Shown piece by piece: positions 37,278 through 49,761 of a stretch of 64,000 nucleotides of DNA (position 1 is the first letter of the stretch; each line of letters begins with the position of its first letter). The position numbers were made by a program, and so were the translations under genes. The notes beneath the pieces are model-generated. The model was not told the DNA's origin. It did no database searches and saw nothing but the letters and a program-made list of their open reading frames with translations. The DNA is taken from positions 7,006,001 to 7,070,000 of the forward strand of contig NC_087258.1 of NCBI RefSeq assembly GCF_037042905.1, given 5' to 3'. Source of the stretch: Lytechinus pictus. Taxonomy: Eukaryota.

Positions 37278-39315
37278 ACTAGACCCTGTTACAAGGAACT
37301 TAGCATTAAAAGAGTAGAAAATCCCATGATATAAACTCGATTTCAATGAAAAGACAGGATAGACAGAAGCGGTTTGAACCAAAGTTAATCAAATTGGTTG
37401 TGGATGAGAAATTTATCAAAGTTTGAAAAGTCTCAATCTATGTATATGGTGATCCTCAAAATGGCATTGCTGCTTCATAATAACAAGTTTCTCCACATGT
37501 TTTGTAAACAAAATTTGTATTCTGTATCTCTCAAGATGCAGCCTTTCTCCTTCTTAGCTCAAGATAAACATGTATCTTTAAAAAATATATATTTCAAATA
37601 GTTTGTAAAAAAAAAAGATAAGCAGCATCATAAATGATGAGGATAATTTCAAATTCTGTGCATGACATAGCTGGAGAGTTATTCTACTGAATCTGCAAAT
37701 TCGAGGATCGCCATAGAAAGTAAATTGAGACTTTCAGAACTTTGTCATTTCATAACCCATTTGAAAGGAACGTTCAAAAACTTGTGTCTGTCTGTTTTTT
37801 CCTCCATTAAATGGATATTTTTCCATGCAGGGTTTACAGTATAACCATGGTAAGAATGTTCAATAGTCAAGCAATAAAAGCTACCATGACAAAGAACAAA
37901 ATCACCATAATTATGAGGTTTGTGAAACCGGGCCCAGTACTCCCTACTATATACTTAAAACAAATTAATATTGAAAAAAAGACAAGCATTGAAGCAGCTT
38001 TGAGTTGAAATACAAATAACATTTAATATTGATATCTTCTTGGAACATTTATCTTCACAATACTCTTACTTGTGACAAAACCTTTAAAAGCACAAAAACA
38101 GAAAATAGACTTATAAATAAAAGGGCACATGTGAGTGTGTCTTAGCCAAAATGGGTATTATCCAATGTGTTGTATGAGTTGTAGCTTAATCCATCTAGAA
38201 ATGATATAGGGTGAATCAAGAAAATAGAAACAAATTAAGAAAAAAGAAGGGTTTGATGCAACTGGATGAAAACGAAATGGCAAATTTTGGTATTCTGAAG
38301 TTTTGCATCAATTCATGAAAAATTCATTTAATAAAAAGATGGGCTAAAAAGAAACAACAAACAAAAATTCAATCAATATTGGTTACAAAATGAGAAAGTG
38401 ATGAAAGTTGTGAGATCTCAATTCACTTTTTATAGTGATTCTCAAGTTGGTGATGTTGCTATAAAGTGACAGGTTAGTAGTGCAACTCTCCATATATTTG
38501 TACATACAAGTTCATAACTTTCTCAACTTGCAACCAACTCTGTTTCTTTCTAGTCTCTGTCCCATCTTTTCATCAAAATCATCATGTATTTCCCCAAGAA
38601 TTCACTATAACTCATCTCCTTCTGGTATAAAATAAACAATTGTGATGATGAACGTTAATACGTTATCATAACCAGGAAAAATATAACTTGCACCAAACAA
38701 ACCTCTCTACAATGGAAACTAAGTTTTCAAGTTTCAACCATGAGAATAAGCACCTTCCAATATCCCTAAATTCCATAGATGCCTACAGGTACAAAATATG
38801 GTATAAAACATGCATTTCCCAAAAGTATACAGTCTTTTGGAACTGAGATCGCCCTTCTATGAGGTTACAATGCTCATTGCACAAATTGCGTATCATACAG
38901 TTTGAAAGATATTAATACTTATTTCAATATCAAATTGAAATTGCATATTTAAATAGCATGAGTTTTACCTCACAATAATTACTAAGTTATTCACTGTAAA
39001 CTGAATATGTCCAAAATAGGCAAGCATAAAGTGACTGTTGTACTGGTCAAATTGTTAAATAAAGATTTAATACATTTCTCATCTGATTATATTAAAATGG
39101 AATATTAGTACATGAGAGCAAGAAGGTCAAGTGGTTAGTATTCACTTGGTCTACAATCAGTTGGTCTATTACTCAGATAGTCTACTACCAATAATGAGCT
39201 CATTTGGTCTATTATGTATCAGTTTGAAAAATATGGTTCATCAATAATCCATCTAATCATAGAGTAGACTACTTGGTGTTAGACCAAGTGGACATTCAAT
39301 CAAAATGGGTATAGC

Positions 39316-39740
39316 CAGGGCTCCACACTAACCCTTTTTTTCTACTGGTCCAACCAGTTCATGTCGGACCAGTAAGTACCCATTTTTTCCATTTTTTACT
39401 GGTCCGAATCTAAAATATACTGGTCCCCCAAAATAAAGAAAAGCATAAAAAAGATTTGACTTTATTTTGCTGTCTTAATTTTATTGCCCCCCCCCCAAAA
39501 AAAAATAATACAACAAATAGTACACTCACACAATATATTGGAGAGCCATTCTTTAAGATAACAAAGCCATTTTTTAATTCACACAAGAGAAAATATGTGT
39601 CGGAATCATTTGTATCAGTTTTATATATTTTTTACTGGTCATGTCGGACCATTATATCTGGCTATTTCTGAAAAGTTACTGGCCCGACAGCAATTTTTAC
39701 TGGTCTGGGACCGTCGGACAAGTGCTAGTGTTGTGCGCTG
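39316..39740. mobile_element. MITE with CAG termini and 7-bp TSD (GTATAGC)
   Basis: CAGGGCTCCACACTAAC / GCTAGTGTTGTGCGCTG; GTATAGC at 39309-39315 and 39741-39747; repeated TACTGGTC(C) subterminal motif. Confidence 0.78.
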
Positions 39741-40147
39741 GTATAGCTCAATAAATGAATAGTAAATGTGCTTAATGACAATTAGACCAAAAGGTTAGTA
39801 CACAAACTAGGATTAGATGCTGGATGAGACTGAATGGAAGGTAGACAAAGCAGATGTAGACCAAGTGGCAATTAATCATTCAAATACCAACAACCCCTTC
39901 CAAAAGAACATCACTTCATGCAGAGTTGCAGACCATGAAACAAACCATGTTACTTTTGTGTAATCAAGTAACATTTCAGGATGGTGGGCATTAAATACTA
40001 GCATACAGGTTGTTTTCAAGGCTGTTACAACTTGTTCACATACTTCAAAATCCTTTTAATCATTAAGTTTAAGAACTAATAAACATCGCATTCTGAAGGT
40101 TCATAATGGAAAAAAATTAGTTTCTGATTTTTGAAGTTGTAATTAGC

Positions 40148-41152
40148 CTAGGGTATACCATTTTTTCTCTGGCAGCATTCTGTCGGAATCTTTTGCCAAT
40201 CATAAATATATGAAGGTCTTGTCTGGTATTCGCGAGAACACAAATGACCTGTGTCTTGGTAATGTTTCCATTTCTGCCTCATATCATCAGGGGTCTGTTT
40301 ATGGGTGATCAAGTAAGTGTTTGAACATCCCCTCGACAAGTATTCAGTGTCGAATCTTGTGTCATGTTGACGATTCACTTCTACAGCTGCAAGCCATGAT
40401 CCAAGTGAGACATCTTCCCCTTTGTATTTCTTGAGGTACTTTGCATTCAAACTCACAAAATGCACAAGATCTGCAGAGAGGATGTAGCCACCACCCTTAG
40501 CATATGGAAGATAGCGGTCGCACAGTACCCAGTCTGCCTCCGCGTATTTGCCGGCCTTATGAACACGAGCACGGCCATCAAAGAACCCCCAGAAGAGTCT
40601 CTCCTGGCCCTTTTGCTGCAGCTCCTTCGTCAAGGCATCAAGTCGAACAAAAGAATCATCGTCCACTTTGAGCACAAATTTATAATTCACATTCTGATCC
40701 AACCATACAAACATCTCAATCAACTTCTGTGTTAGGGCGTAGAAGCCATCCTTAAGGTCCGAAAGAAAAAGAAGATCGTTATATTTCTTCTGCTCCTTCT
40801 CTAAATCTTCCAACTGATCCGCTGGTAGGTCAGCAATACCAATCACAAATTTAACAATCATGTCGCTGGACCGTAATGTCAACCACGTGTCGCGTAAAAC
40901 TTGACGTCCAGCGAGAAGTTTTGGTCCCGACATAACTAGTATAACTAAAAATGCAGAGAGTGGTTTAGCACCATCACTGTTATCCAACGTCCTTAACTGA
41001 TCTCGGTTTGAACGCTCCCTCGGACAAGGTTTAGAGGAGTCCTCCGACAGGTTGCAGGATGACAGGAGGAGAACAACACCACAGAAAGAAAATACTGGGA
41101 TGCATAAGAGAAGGCGGGTCAGAAACCAATGGAATGTGAGGGACATCCGCAT
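40148..41152 (-). CDS. B3GALT6: Beta-1,3-galactosyltransferase 6, paralogue B, 334 aa
   Basis: Same GT31 motifs (LKVDDDSFVRL, GGGYILSADLV, EDVSLGSWL, RFDTEYLSRGC, CCQRKNGIP). The likely true start is the ATG at 41152, since an acceptor ttcttgttgcag lies 9 nt upstream. Confidence 0.95.
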   Translation of the reverse strand: MRMSLTFHWFLTRLLLCIPVFSFCGVVLLLSSCNLSEDSSKPCPRERSNRDQLRTLDNSDGAKPLSAFLVILVMSGPKLLAGRQVLRDTWLTLRSSDMIVKFVIGIADLPADQLEDLEKEQKKYNDLLFLSDLKDGFYALTQKLIEMFVWLDQNVNYKFVLKVDDDSFVRLDALTKELQQKGQERLFWGFFDGRARVHKAGKYAEADWVLCDRYLPYAKGGGYILSADLVHFVSLNAKYLKKYKGEDVSLGSWLAAVEVNRQHDTRFDTEYLSRGCSNTYLITHKQTPDDMRQKWKHYQDTGHLCSREYQTRPSYIYDWQKIPTECCQRKNGIP

Positions 41153-41392
41153 TTTGATCACCTGCAACAAGAAAATTAAACATTAATTTTTCAATCTACG
41201 TTTAGACCAAACTACTTTGCCTATTAAAGATGAATCTTTAGGAAATGAAAATCTAACTTTGAAGAGGTTATAACGCCTGTTATCTTCATAATCTGGTCTA
41301 TGAAAATGCTTGGACTTGGGGTGAATATTCAACTTCTAGTTCTAATGCAAGTTTTTTTTAATGGCATTCCATATAATCCCTCTTTGCTTTAA

Positions 41393-41880
41393 AGGTGAAG
41401 TTCACCCTGAGAAAAAGTTTATTGTAAAAATAGCAGAAAAAATAATAGAAAATTTTGACGAAGATTTTAGGGGAAATCCATCGAAGAATTAAAAAGTTAT
41501 TGGAATTTTAATTATTTGATTTGTGACATCCTATGCGAGCAGCTTTTCTACATATCGTATGGTAAAAATTCAATGAAATGTCATTTTCTCAGAAACTTTA
41601 GTTTTATTGTACTTTTAGAATCTCAATACACAAATGATTTCACACCCGCTCCTAAAAAGAAAACAAAAAGAAGTGATCATGAATCATTAAAAAAATGAAA
41701 AATTCATATATTTTATATTACATAAATGTAACATATGGGGCAGCTGCTCGCTCATGACGTCACAAATCAAAAACTTGAAATTCTAATAACTTTCTTAATC
41801 TTTAATGGATTTTCCTCAAACCTTTGAACACCAATATTCTTTATTTTTCTGCTATTCTTACTTGTAACAAAGTTTTTCCT
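41393..41880. mobile_element. Kolobok-like MITE (right end degenerate)
   Basis: TTAA|AGGTGAAGTTCACCC start; long internal inverted repeat (GCAGCT...TGACGTCACAAATCAA). Confidence 0.55.
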
Positions 41881-42166
41881 ATAAAAACCATGTCCTGCTC
41901 CCATGCCTGTTTTAATTAATGGAGAATCAAAATTTGGGATCAAAATGCTTAGTGTGAGAGGGGGAAAATAACAAAACAGAATAATGAAAGTTTAGGAGAA
42001 AATATTGTATTCAAAATGAGATCATTAAGAAAATACAAATTTATTTGGCAATTTGGGGAGTAGATTACAAATTGTTCATAAATCTTGGGTCAAACTCTAC
42101 CATTCCTTATATCATGACTTTGTGATTTTTCTCACTTTCAGTTCTCCAATTTGAGATATCCCTGGT

Positions 42167-42447
42167 AATAATAATAATAATATAAGGTATTTATATTGCG
42201 CACATCATATCCACCTTGTTAGGTGCTCAAGGCGCTCCTATATTACCCGGCTAAGCTAGGCGTTCATAGCGTACACAGCTTTTTAAGGAATTACTTCCTA
42301 CCGGTACCCATTTACCTCACCTGGGTTGAGTGCAGCACATTGTGGATCAGTTTCTTGCTGAAGGAAATTACGCCATGGCTGGGATTCGAACCCACGACCC
42401 TCTGTTTCAAAGTCTGGAGACTAATCCACTGGGCCACAACGCTCCAC
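42167..42447 (-). mobile_element. tRNA-derived SINE
   Basis: A box TGGCCCAGTGG, B box GGTTCGAATCC, conserved core, (ATT)n tail; same family as 61815-62105. Confidence 0.88.
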
Positions 42448-45352
42448 AAGAGTTGTTGGTAACAACAACTCTTGATTTTTTTTCATATTTTTTTTCCAAA
42501 AGTCATTCAAGCTTTCACTTTATAACTGTATTCCTCTTCCTCTATGCAGTTACATAGTTTTTCTTTTTCTCTTAAAGTAATTTGCTATAATTTGTGTTGG
42601 ATTGAGCAATGTCCTTTTATTTTTTTTCATAGTGATGTAGTCACTATGTAAACAATCTCAATGATATGGAATGCAGATTTATTGTACATATTCTTCCATC
42701 ATTTTAAAGATTTGTGACCAAGTCAAATGTTGAAGTGTCTATATAAGGGACAAATAAAAAACTTGAATTTAATTGAATTGATTCTCCTTAACTGCAATAA
42801 AATTGGGCTAATTTCAGGTTAATCAATCAACCATGATTCATGAGTGCTGAATATATTCAGGAAAAAGGCAATTTATTTTATCATCAAATACAAGGGAAAA
42901 ATCAGGGAGTCTAGCTAGAGAGATCTGATTGTTGCATGATTAAAAGTTCACAATATTGAGCTCAGCCCAAGATAATAGTACTTAATAGAAATGAGGAGAG
43001 ATACTGTCCACTTACTTTAATCCATCAATGCTTGAACTTGTAAATAGTCCCTGACTCCCTGAGATGGCCTGTTCAAATTTTACAGAAAGCGAGAAACAAT
43101 TACAAAGACAAGTAAAAAAAAGTGACTAAGAAAAATAGTGCAGTATTTTAGACAAGCGGAGTCTAATGAATTATGTAGATCTACTCTACTCTAGATCTGC
43201 TTGTCGCTGTCGAGGCTAGATCTTTTTCATTCATTGCATTGCAGAACATTTTCTACACTATATAGTGATGTCTAGACTAAGAGAAAACATATGAAACATC
43301 CAACCAGATTGTAAAAATAAAATGAATTATAACTAGAACTTTAATTCGTCATGAGGACGAATTAGGTGATCTGTCTCTGATTTCATGATCACGAAGAAAT
43401 TCAGCATATTTATTGAGATCAATATGATCATCATACGCTAACAAGAAAAGGGCGGAAAAAAAAATAAATAAAAAAGAAAATTCGTACGAAATAGTTGATT
43501 TGTCGATTGACAGATCACCTAATAACGCAAAATCACATGGCAGCGGGATGGATGCCTGCAAAAGTGCAAGCGCTGCATCCACCAGGACCTGCCATCACCG
43601 CGCCGCCCACAACTGCACCCCACCGACTACCTCCATGTCCAACTAACCGGCTCCAGCCGACCAGCAATACGTCCACGACCACGTCACCGCTGAAGCCGCA
43701 GGTGCATACACTGATATTAACAGGGATCTAAATGAGAATTTCTACAACTACTATTTACTTAATATCAGTCATTAGCTATTGCAACACACTTACTTTAAGA
43801 ACAGCGTGAAATGTATCGTAGATAGATACAAACTGTTTCCACCCGGATCTTACTGAGCTGAGCTGAAATAGCTGGCTGTGTAGCACTCAACTTGAGTTCT
43901 CGATCTCCCGTCTTTCTTGTGCCAGTCGTTTATATCTTTAGCTTTCGATCCGCGATGATATCCGTAGGTAAATTGTGCGGGAAAACTCGATTACATTATT
44001 GAAACGGCTGGTACGCCTCTAACTGATCATTACGTTGATCTTGAATGGAGGTCACTGCTAGTGCTAGCTGCTAAACGTCAATAATCTACAGACGGGTTGA
44101 TGGACAACTACTTTAAAAGGTAACTTTTGAACATCTAACAAACTTTTGTTCATTGAATATTGTGTATACACTATGAGAAAGAATGAATTATCTGATATTT
44201 CTGATTTTGGTTCGGAAATTTGTGTTGATTGTATGAGTATTTATGTATCATTTGATGGGTTTGCTTACCGTAAAATCGTACATTCTGACACTGGCAGACT
44301 AATATGTTGGGCCATAATCATACAATACTAACCTCGTACTAGTCTGAGTGGGCCATAATCAGCGTGTGCGATTTCTAATGCACTCAAGTCAATATGTGCC
44401 ACCGCAATTCTTGGATTTATGTATTGGAATCGCACATGGACAAAATCACTGGCTTTGCCTACACTATAGTAAACCAAATAACCAATTGCTCAGGGTTAAC
44501 CAATCTTGCATTACATTACAACTGGGAGACTGGATGGGGCCTGTTGCATGAAAGGGTCTTTCGTAGAACCATTCTACATAAGAACGAGATATCGCTCAAC
44601 TGTTTCACAAAGCCGATTTGGGCGATACGAAAAATGGTCCTTGGAAAGACACCTCCAGACATGTCCTACGTGGGCATGATCGTCTTTGCGCACCGCCCGC
44701 CACCGTCGGCATTGAGAGAAAATGCGTTTGCGGCAAGCCACACTGACATATCACCTTTTAACATTTTTTGGGGTTGCACACTGATGCATTTTATCTGGGA
44801 TGGCGCCAAGTTATTTTTTGTATGGGGGCTAGTTGTCATCAATTTCAGGTCGACTTTTTGCACGGCAAGACGACCAAAAACAGATGTCATTTTAACTTCT
44901 CCGGGCATTATGTCCGGCCCGGGGGTAATGTAGGCCCAAATATTTTTTTAATGTTTTCTTTTATTCTCCGTCCTATCCCCACACCATTTCCATTGATTTT
45001 TTTTTAAATATCGAAATGGGCGGCACTATCTCTCTGACCCCTCATGCTTTCTCGTTATAGATAATTAAACAACATGAAAACAAATTTCTTTAAAAGAAAT
45101 TATGTCAGGTAAAAAACGTGTTTATAACGTTCAGCAAAAAAAAACCACGATACAAAACTAAAATGTTAAACATGGTAAATCATTCATTTATTTTTATTTC
45201 ATTTTCATTATAATTATTTTTTTTTGTTGAGATTAATTTTAATCCATGAAAATTAATTGTCGGATTTGGGCTAACTTGAGATGCGAAACAGTGAAACAAA
45301 ACAAAAAATCTGCAGTAACAAGAACAGCTAATTGAATTTAAGATACAGATTA

Positions 45353-46136
45353 TAGGGACAGTGATTTTCCGCGATAGCGGACAACGAACGGAATTCACGG
45401 AAAGGGCCTTTTGAAACGGGAAGTGGCATTTCAAACGGAAAATCACGGAAAACGTATTTTCCCTCAAAATACACAGAATAGCAACAGAAATTACTCCAAA
45501 ATCACATCAAAATGAGAATATTAAATGGCCACAAAACCCCAGAAAACACGATCTCACTTCGCTACTATCATGACAATTCACACATCGTGACTGCACTCGA
45601 CATCGGCACACTCGATTGTACCCCGTACCCGGCCGGCCGGGTTGCACTTCACACATTCGTTCAACTACACGGTCGTGTGTTGCTTCCCTCTACGTTTGAA
45701 GATGTAACAGCACGATATCGTGGTCTTAAAATCCAAGATGGCGGATTGGCAAAAGCCGTTGACTGATGATAACAATGTCCACAAAACCCCCAAATTATCA
45801 ATGAAATATCATTTCACCGTGAAATAATGCTAATAATGTGAAAGGTGAGGATGTATGCATGCTAAATGGGTTTGTAAAAATATTTTATGCACCCGCATAG
45901 ATCCGATTAGAACGGATTCTATTGTGTTGTTGGAACAGTAGCAGATACAAATTTTGACCAGTGTGTGTGTACGTGTTGTGATTTTGCTATTCAATGTGTA
46001 AACGAAATTGTCACTTTTCCGTGTGTACAAAGTCAATGGGGAAACGGAATTTCCGTTTTCTGACATGCTGAAATGGAATTTGAGATTTTCTGAAACGGAA
46101 AAGGCAATTTTTTGAAACGGAAAATCACTGTCCCTA
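45353..46136. mobile_element. hAT-like MITE with perfect 19-bp TIR and 6-bp TSD (AGATTA)
   Basis: TAGGGACAGTGATTTTCCG at both ends; AGATTA at 45347-45352 and 46137-46142; many (AA)ACGGAA subterminal repeats. Confidence 0.88.
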
Positions 46137-46975
46137 AGATTAGGCCTATAGCTTACCAATCCATCACAATTATTACAAATGAAGATAAGCTAGTTCATTA
46201 AAGAAAAGATTATGGAAAGTCCATACGAAGAGGCGCATTTTAAATCGTAGGGTAGGCCCCTTTCGGCCCCTATGTAATGTTAAAGCAATAATGTAGTCTC
46301 TACTCCTCAACTTTGAAATGTTGAACATATTTATTTTTTATATTCTTAAACCTTATATTCTTATATAAGCTTCCATAAATAAGTGATCAACTTTAAAGAT
46401 GACCAACGTTTATGATCGTTGTAATAGTTAGCATTATTTCTGTAAATAGTATTTTTCCATTGCGGATTGCACACCTTTTTCTATGTTTTAATTGTTATTG
46501 CAAAGCACTGCTTTATCCACTCGGAATGGAAGGTTAAGCAAAAGAAAAAAACGGGTCCTGGATCGGCCCGGAACTCGGCGCCACCGCTCAACACCGCCGC
46601 TGCAGGCCCGAGAGAAGCCTGGCCTCGCTAGGTGCACGCTATGCCCGAATGCATTTCCGTACCCTGCGATGTCAGTGAATTATGAATTGAACCTAAATAT
46701 TTGTCCGAATCAATTCCCAAGTAACAGTCTTCAATTTGTTTCAATTTTGGTATCCTTTCTTCAAATTGTTTTTGCTCACTCATGCGTGAATAAGGAATAA
46801 TCTAAGTAATATCAGATGAAAGAGGAGATTCTAAGCTTTACATTGGTAGGTCATTTGTCTATTGTACTTGTGATTAAGTTATGATAAATCATCGCTTAAA
46901 CTCGGTTTTGTTTTTTCTGGGAAGCACTATATATGTTTGAACCTACTTATAATCTCCGAGCAGATAATTTAACTT

Positions 46976-47011
<36 letters not shown>

Positions 47012-47795
47012 TTTGAAGAAATGGATGAAGAGAACATCCATTTCTTCACAAAATATTTAAACAAAAGAGTTGCCAAAGCTGTTGTACATGTATAATTTCA
47101 CACATATATATATATATATATATATTTATTTATTATGCAATGCTCTGAAACCGGGTAATCAGTTGACTTTGTTCACGTTGCGATAGATTTTACAAAAAAT
47201 AGGAAACACGGTGATATATTGATGCTACTTTGTAATATTGTGACGGGAAAGCAAGAAGCAATCAATATACATGTATGCTTACATGTGTGGTATCGTTAAG
47301 AAAACAGATCCTCTGAGAATACCTATTGTTATTTAATGCATGAATAAGATATAGGAAAGTGAAATTCTATGTGAATTTGGTACAAGGGGATAGAGAATTG
47401 CAGGCTTGTTTTGGGCACTGGGAGGCTTGCTCTGTGCATGCTTACTTTATTTTCATTCATAAATTGGCTTGCGGCTGTGGCTGGATGGTGTCACGTAATA
47501 AGCAATGTGTACGTTGCCCGCTTTTGCTGAATGCTATGACATCCATTCTGTACAATTTGCCACTTTCCAACCCTTCATTTATGAGAAAACCCAGAGCAAA
47601 AGATGATTCTTTCTGGACATCGCATTGCATGCCCCCCCCCCTCTCCCCTCCCCGCAACAATGAACAATTTTATTGCATTGCATTGCCATTGGCCTTGCAG
47701 AGCCAATGCTAACTCCATAAAATTGCCACTGCAGAATCTGTGAAAGATTCTTGTTTTCAGATACATGATTGTCTTTTCTTTCTTGATAAGAAAAT

Positions 47796-49761
47796 CAGGG
47801 ACTCAGTTTAATAATTATGAGGGGAGCAATAAAAAGCTCTCCTAGAACTTTTAAGGAGAGCGGTAGAGGAGCACTGCAAAAAGCTTTTCTTCAACATACA
47901 AGGGGAGCGTTTTGTCCAATTAACAAAACGGATGGAGGAAATATATGTACTAAGTTACAATCAACAACCAAAGGAAGGAAACAATCGAATATGTAATATT
48001 GATGCTGTACCTCATTGAACATGTCATTGTAATTCTTGAAATATAATTGTTTTACAATGTATTGTAATGAGATTGTGTGTTATAAAACCTGTTTGAGTGA
48101 GGTTTTGACTTTGGCTAAAAGTTAAGTCACTGACAATTTTTTTTTTTTCGGGGGCTCCATTTTAAATTTTTTGTCAAATTTCGGGGGCTATTTTTAAATG
48201 CTCTTTTTGTATTTGAGGAATACCTGTTCACTTATTAATAATGAATTATATTACTTTTTGTTTGATATTGTATGATTTTTAAAGTTATTTTTTCATGCTT
48301 AGAATCTTGGATGTGGGTGTGTGTGTGTGTGTGTGTGTGTGACTGTGAGTTGGACTTGGATATAAATTAATTCAATATCTAATTTCTACTCAGTCTATTC
48401 CAGTACAATACCCTGTACTCGGCCTTGTACATGTAATAAAGGCCCACATAACCTCGTTCGTAGGATGAGTGACATTTTTTTCGGGGGCTCCATTTTTAAT
48501 TTTTTGTCAAATTTCGGGGGCTATTTTTAAATGCTCTTTTTGTATTTGAGGAATACCTGTTCACTTATTAATAATGAATTATATTACTTTTTGTTTGATA
48601 TTGTATGATTTTTAAAGTTATTTTTTCATGCTTAGAATCTTGGATGTGGGTGTGTGTGTGTGTGTGTGTGTGACTGTGAGTTGGACTTGGATATAAATGA
48701 ATTCAATATCTAATTTCTACTCCGTTTATTCCAGTACAATACCCTGTACTCGGCCTTGTACATGTAATAAAGGCCCACATAACCTCGTTCGTAGGATGAG
48801 TGACATACCCTAACTTTTCCTGAAGTTCTTTGAAAACGCAGATCTCCATGAAAATTGCATTTCTCTATGGGGGAGTCTAAATTCGGTGAGAATGTATTCA
48901 TTAAGAACTTAAATATACATGACAATGAAGAAATCATCAAACTTTATTGGCAGTTTTGAATAATATACCTGAAATGTAAACTCTGTCTGAAAGAGAAAAT
49001 CACCATCATTGAGGCCTTTACTGAGCGAATTGTCCCCCAGAGCTCTGGCAGAGAGACAGAGCTCCGACTGGCTAGCTAGAACAAACGCCAATGCGTGCGC
49101 GAGCCTGCCGCCGGCCTTGTAAAATAGATGGAGCTTTGTTTGATGATTTATTGTCTGATATTTACCTCATCCCCTAGAAAAAGAAAACAAATGATTTTTT
49201 AGTTATAATTAATAAATAAGGTAACTTATTTTGGATGTTAATAGGCCGTTTTGAAAAGCAAAGCCGAATGACAACTCACCAATGCTAGGTTACTAGACTC
49301 TGGTATTTATTTCCTCTTTTATCACAGAATTGTGATATCTGTAGGGGAAACATGTGCATTCGAAATTGCACATGGTGGTAGTCATAATGGACCCCTTTAC
49401 ATGCAACTCTTTCCCGACCGTTGCGTTGATTTTTTTTCCATACCTGGTACCATGTGTATGGAAATACGTGGTACAGAAAAAAAGACGCAAAATTTGAAAC
49501 TGCGCTCCTCGCTATTTTCAAGGCTTATTCATGATTTTGAGTGTGGATTTTGGATGATTTTTAAATGGTAAGCGGAGCTCGAGCATATGGCGCTAGTGGG
49601 CCGTTGAGTTGTTATCACTCGGCAGTAATTCCGGGGGCGACATTCAGATTACCGCGCAGCTCAGCGATCGCGAGGCGCGCTATTAATCGCGCTACCTAAA
49701 ATGGATTAAGGCGCGCATGTAGCGCGCGATCGCTCTCGCGCGCCTTAAAATCGAGTCCCTG
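47796..49761. mobile_element. hAT-like non-autonomous element with 6-bp TSD (GAAAAT)
   Basis: CAGGGACTC...GAGTCCCTG; GAAAAT at 47790-47795 and 49762-49767; GGAGC and GCGCG subterminal repeats like those of 16493-16961. Confidence 0.8.
48131..48806. repeat. Near-identical tandem duplication (about 335 bp x2)
   Basis: 48131-48470 is repeated at 48471-48806; each copy has a (GT)n tract. Confidence 0.92.

Noticed and set aside
41153-41170. N-terminal MLQVIK extension of B3GALT6-B in the ORF track
   Set aside because: Starts at a TTG inside the splice acceptor; the first ATG is at 41152.
43495-43731. Pro/Thr-rich ORF as a separate gene (e.g. SDF4 by analogy to human)
   Set aside because: No recognisable homology or downstream exons; more likely GC-rich 5' region of B3GALT6-B.
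44394-44933. 179-aa ORF
   Set aside because: No domain motifs; it crosses MITE-like fragments and is probably a chance ORF.
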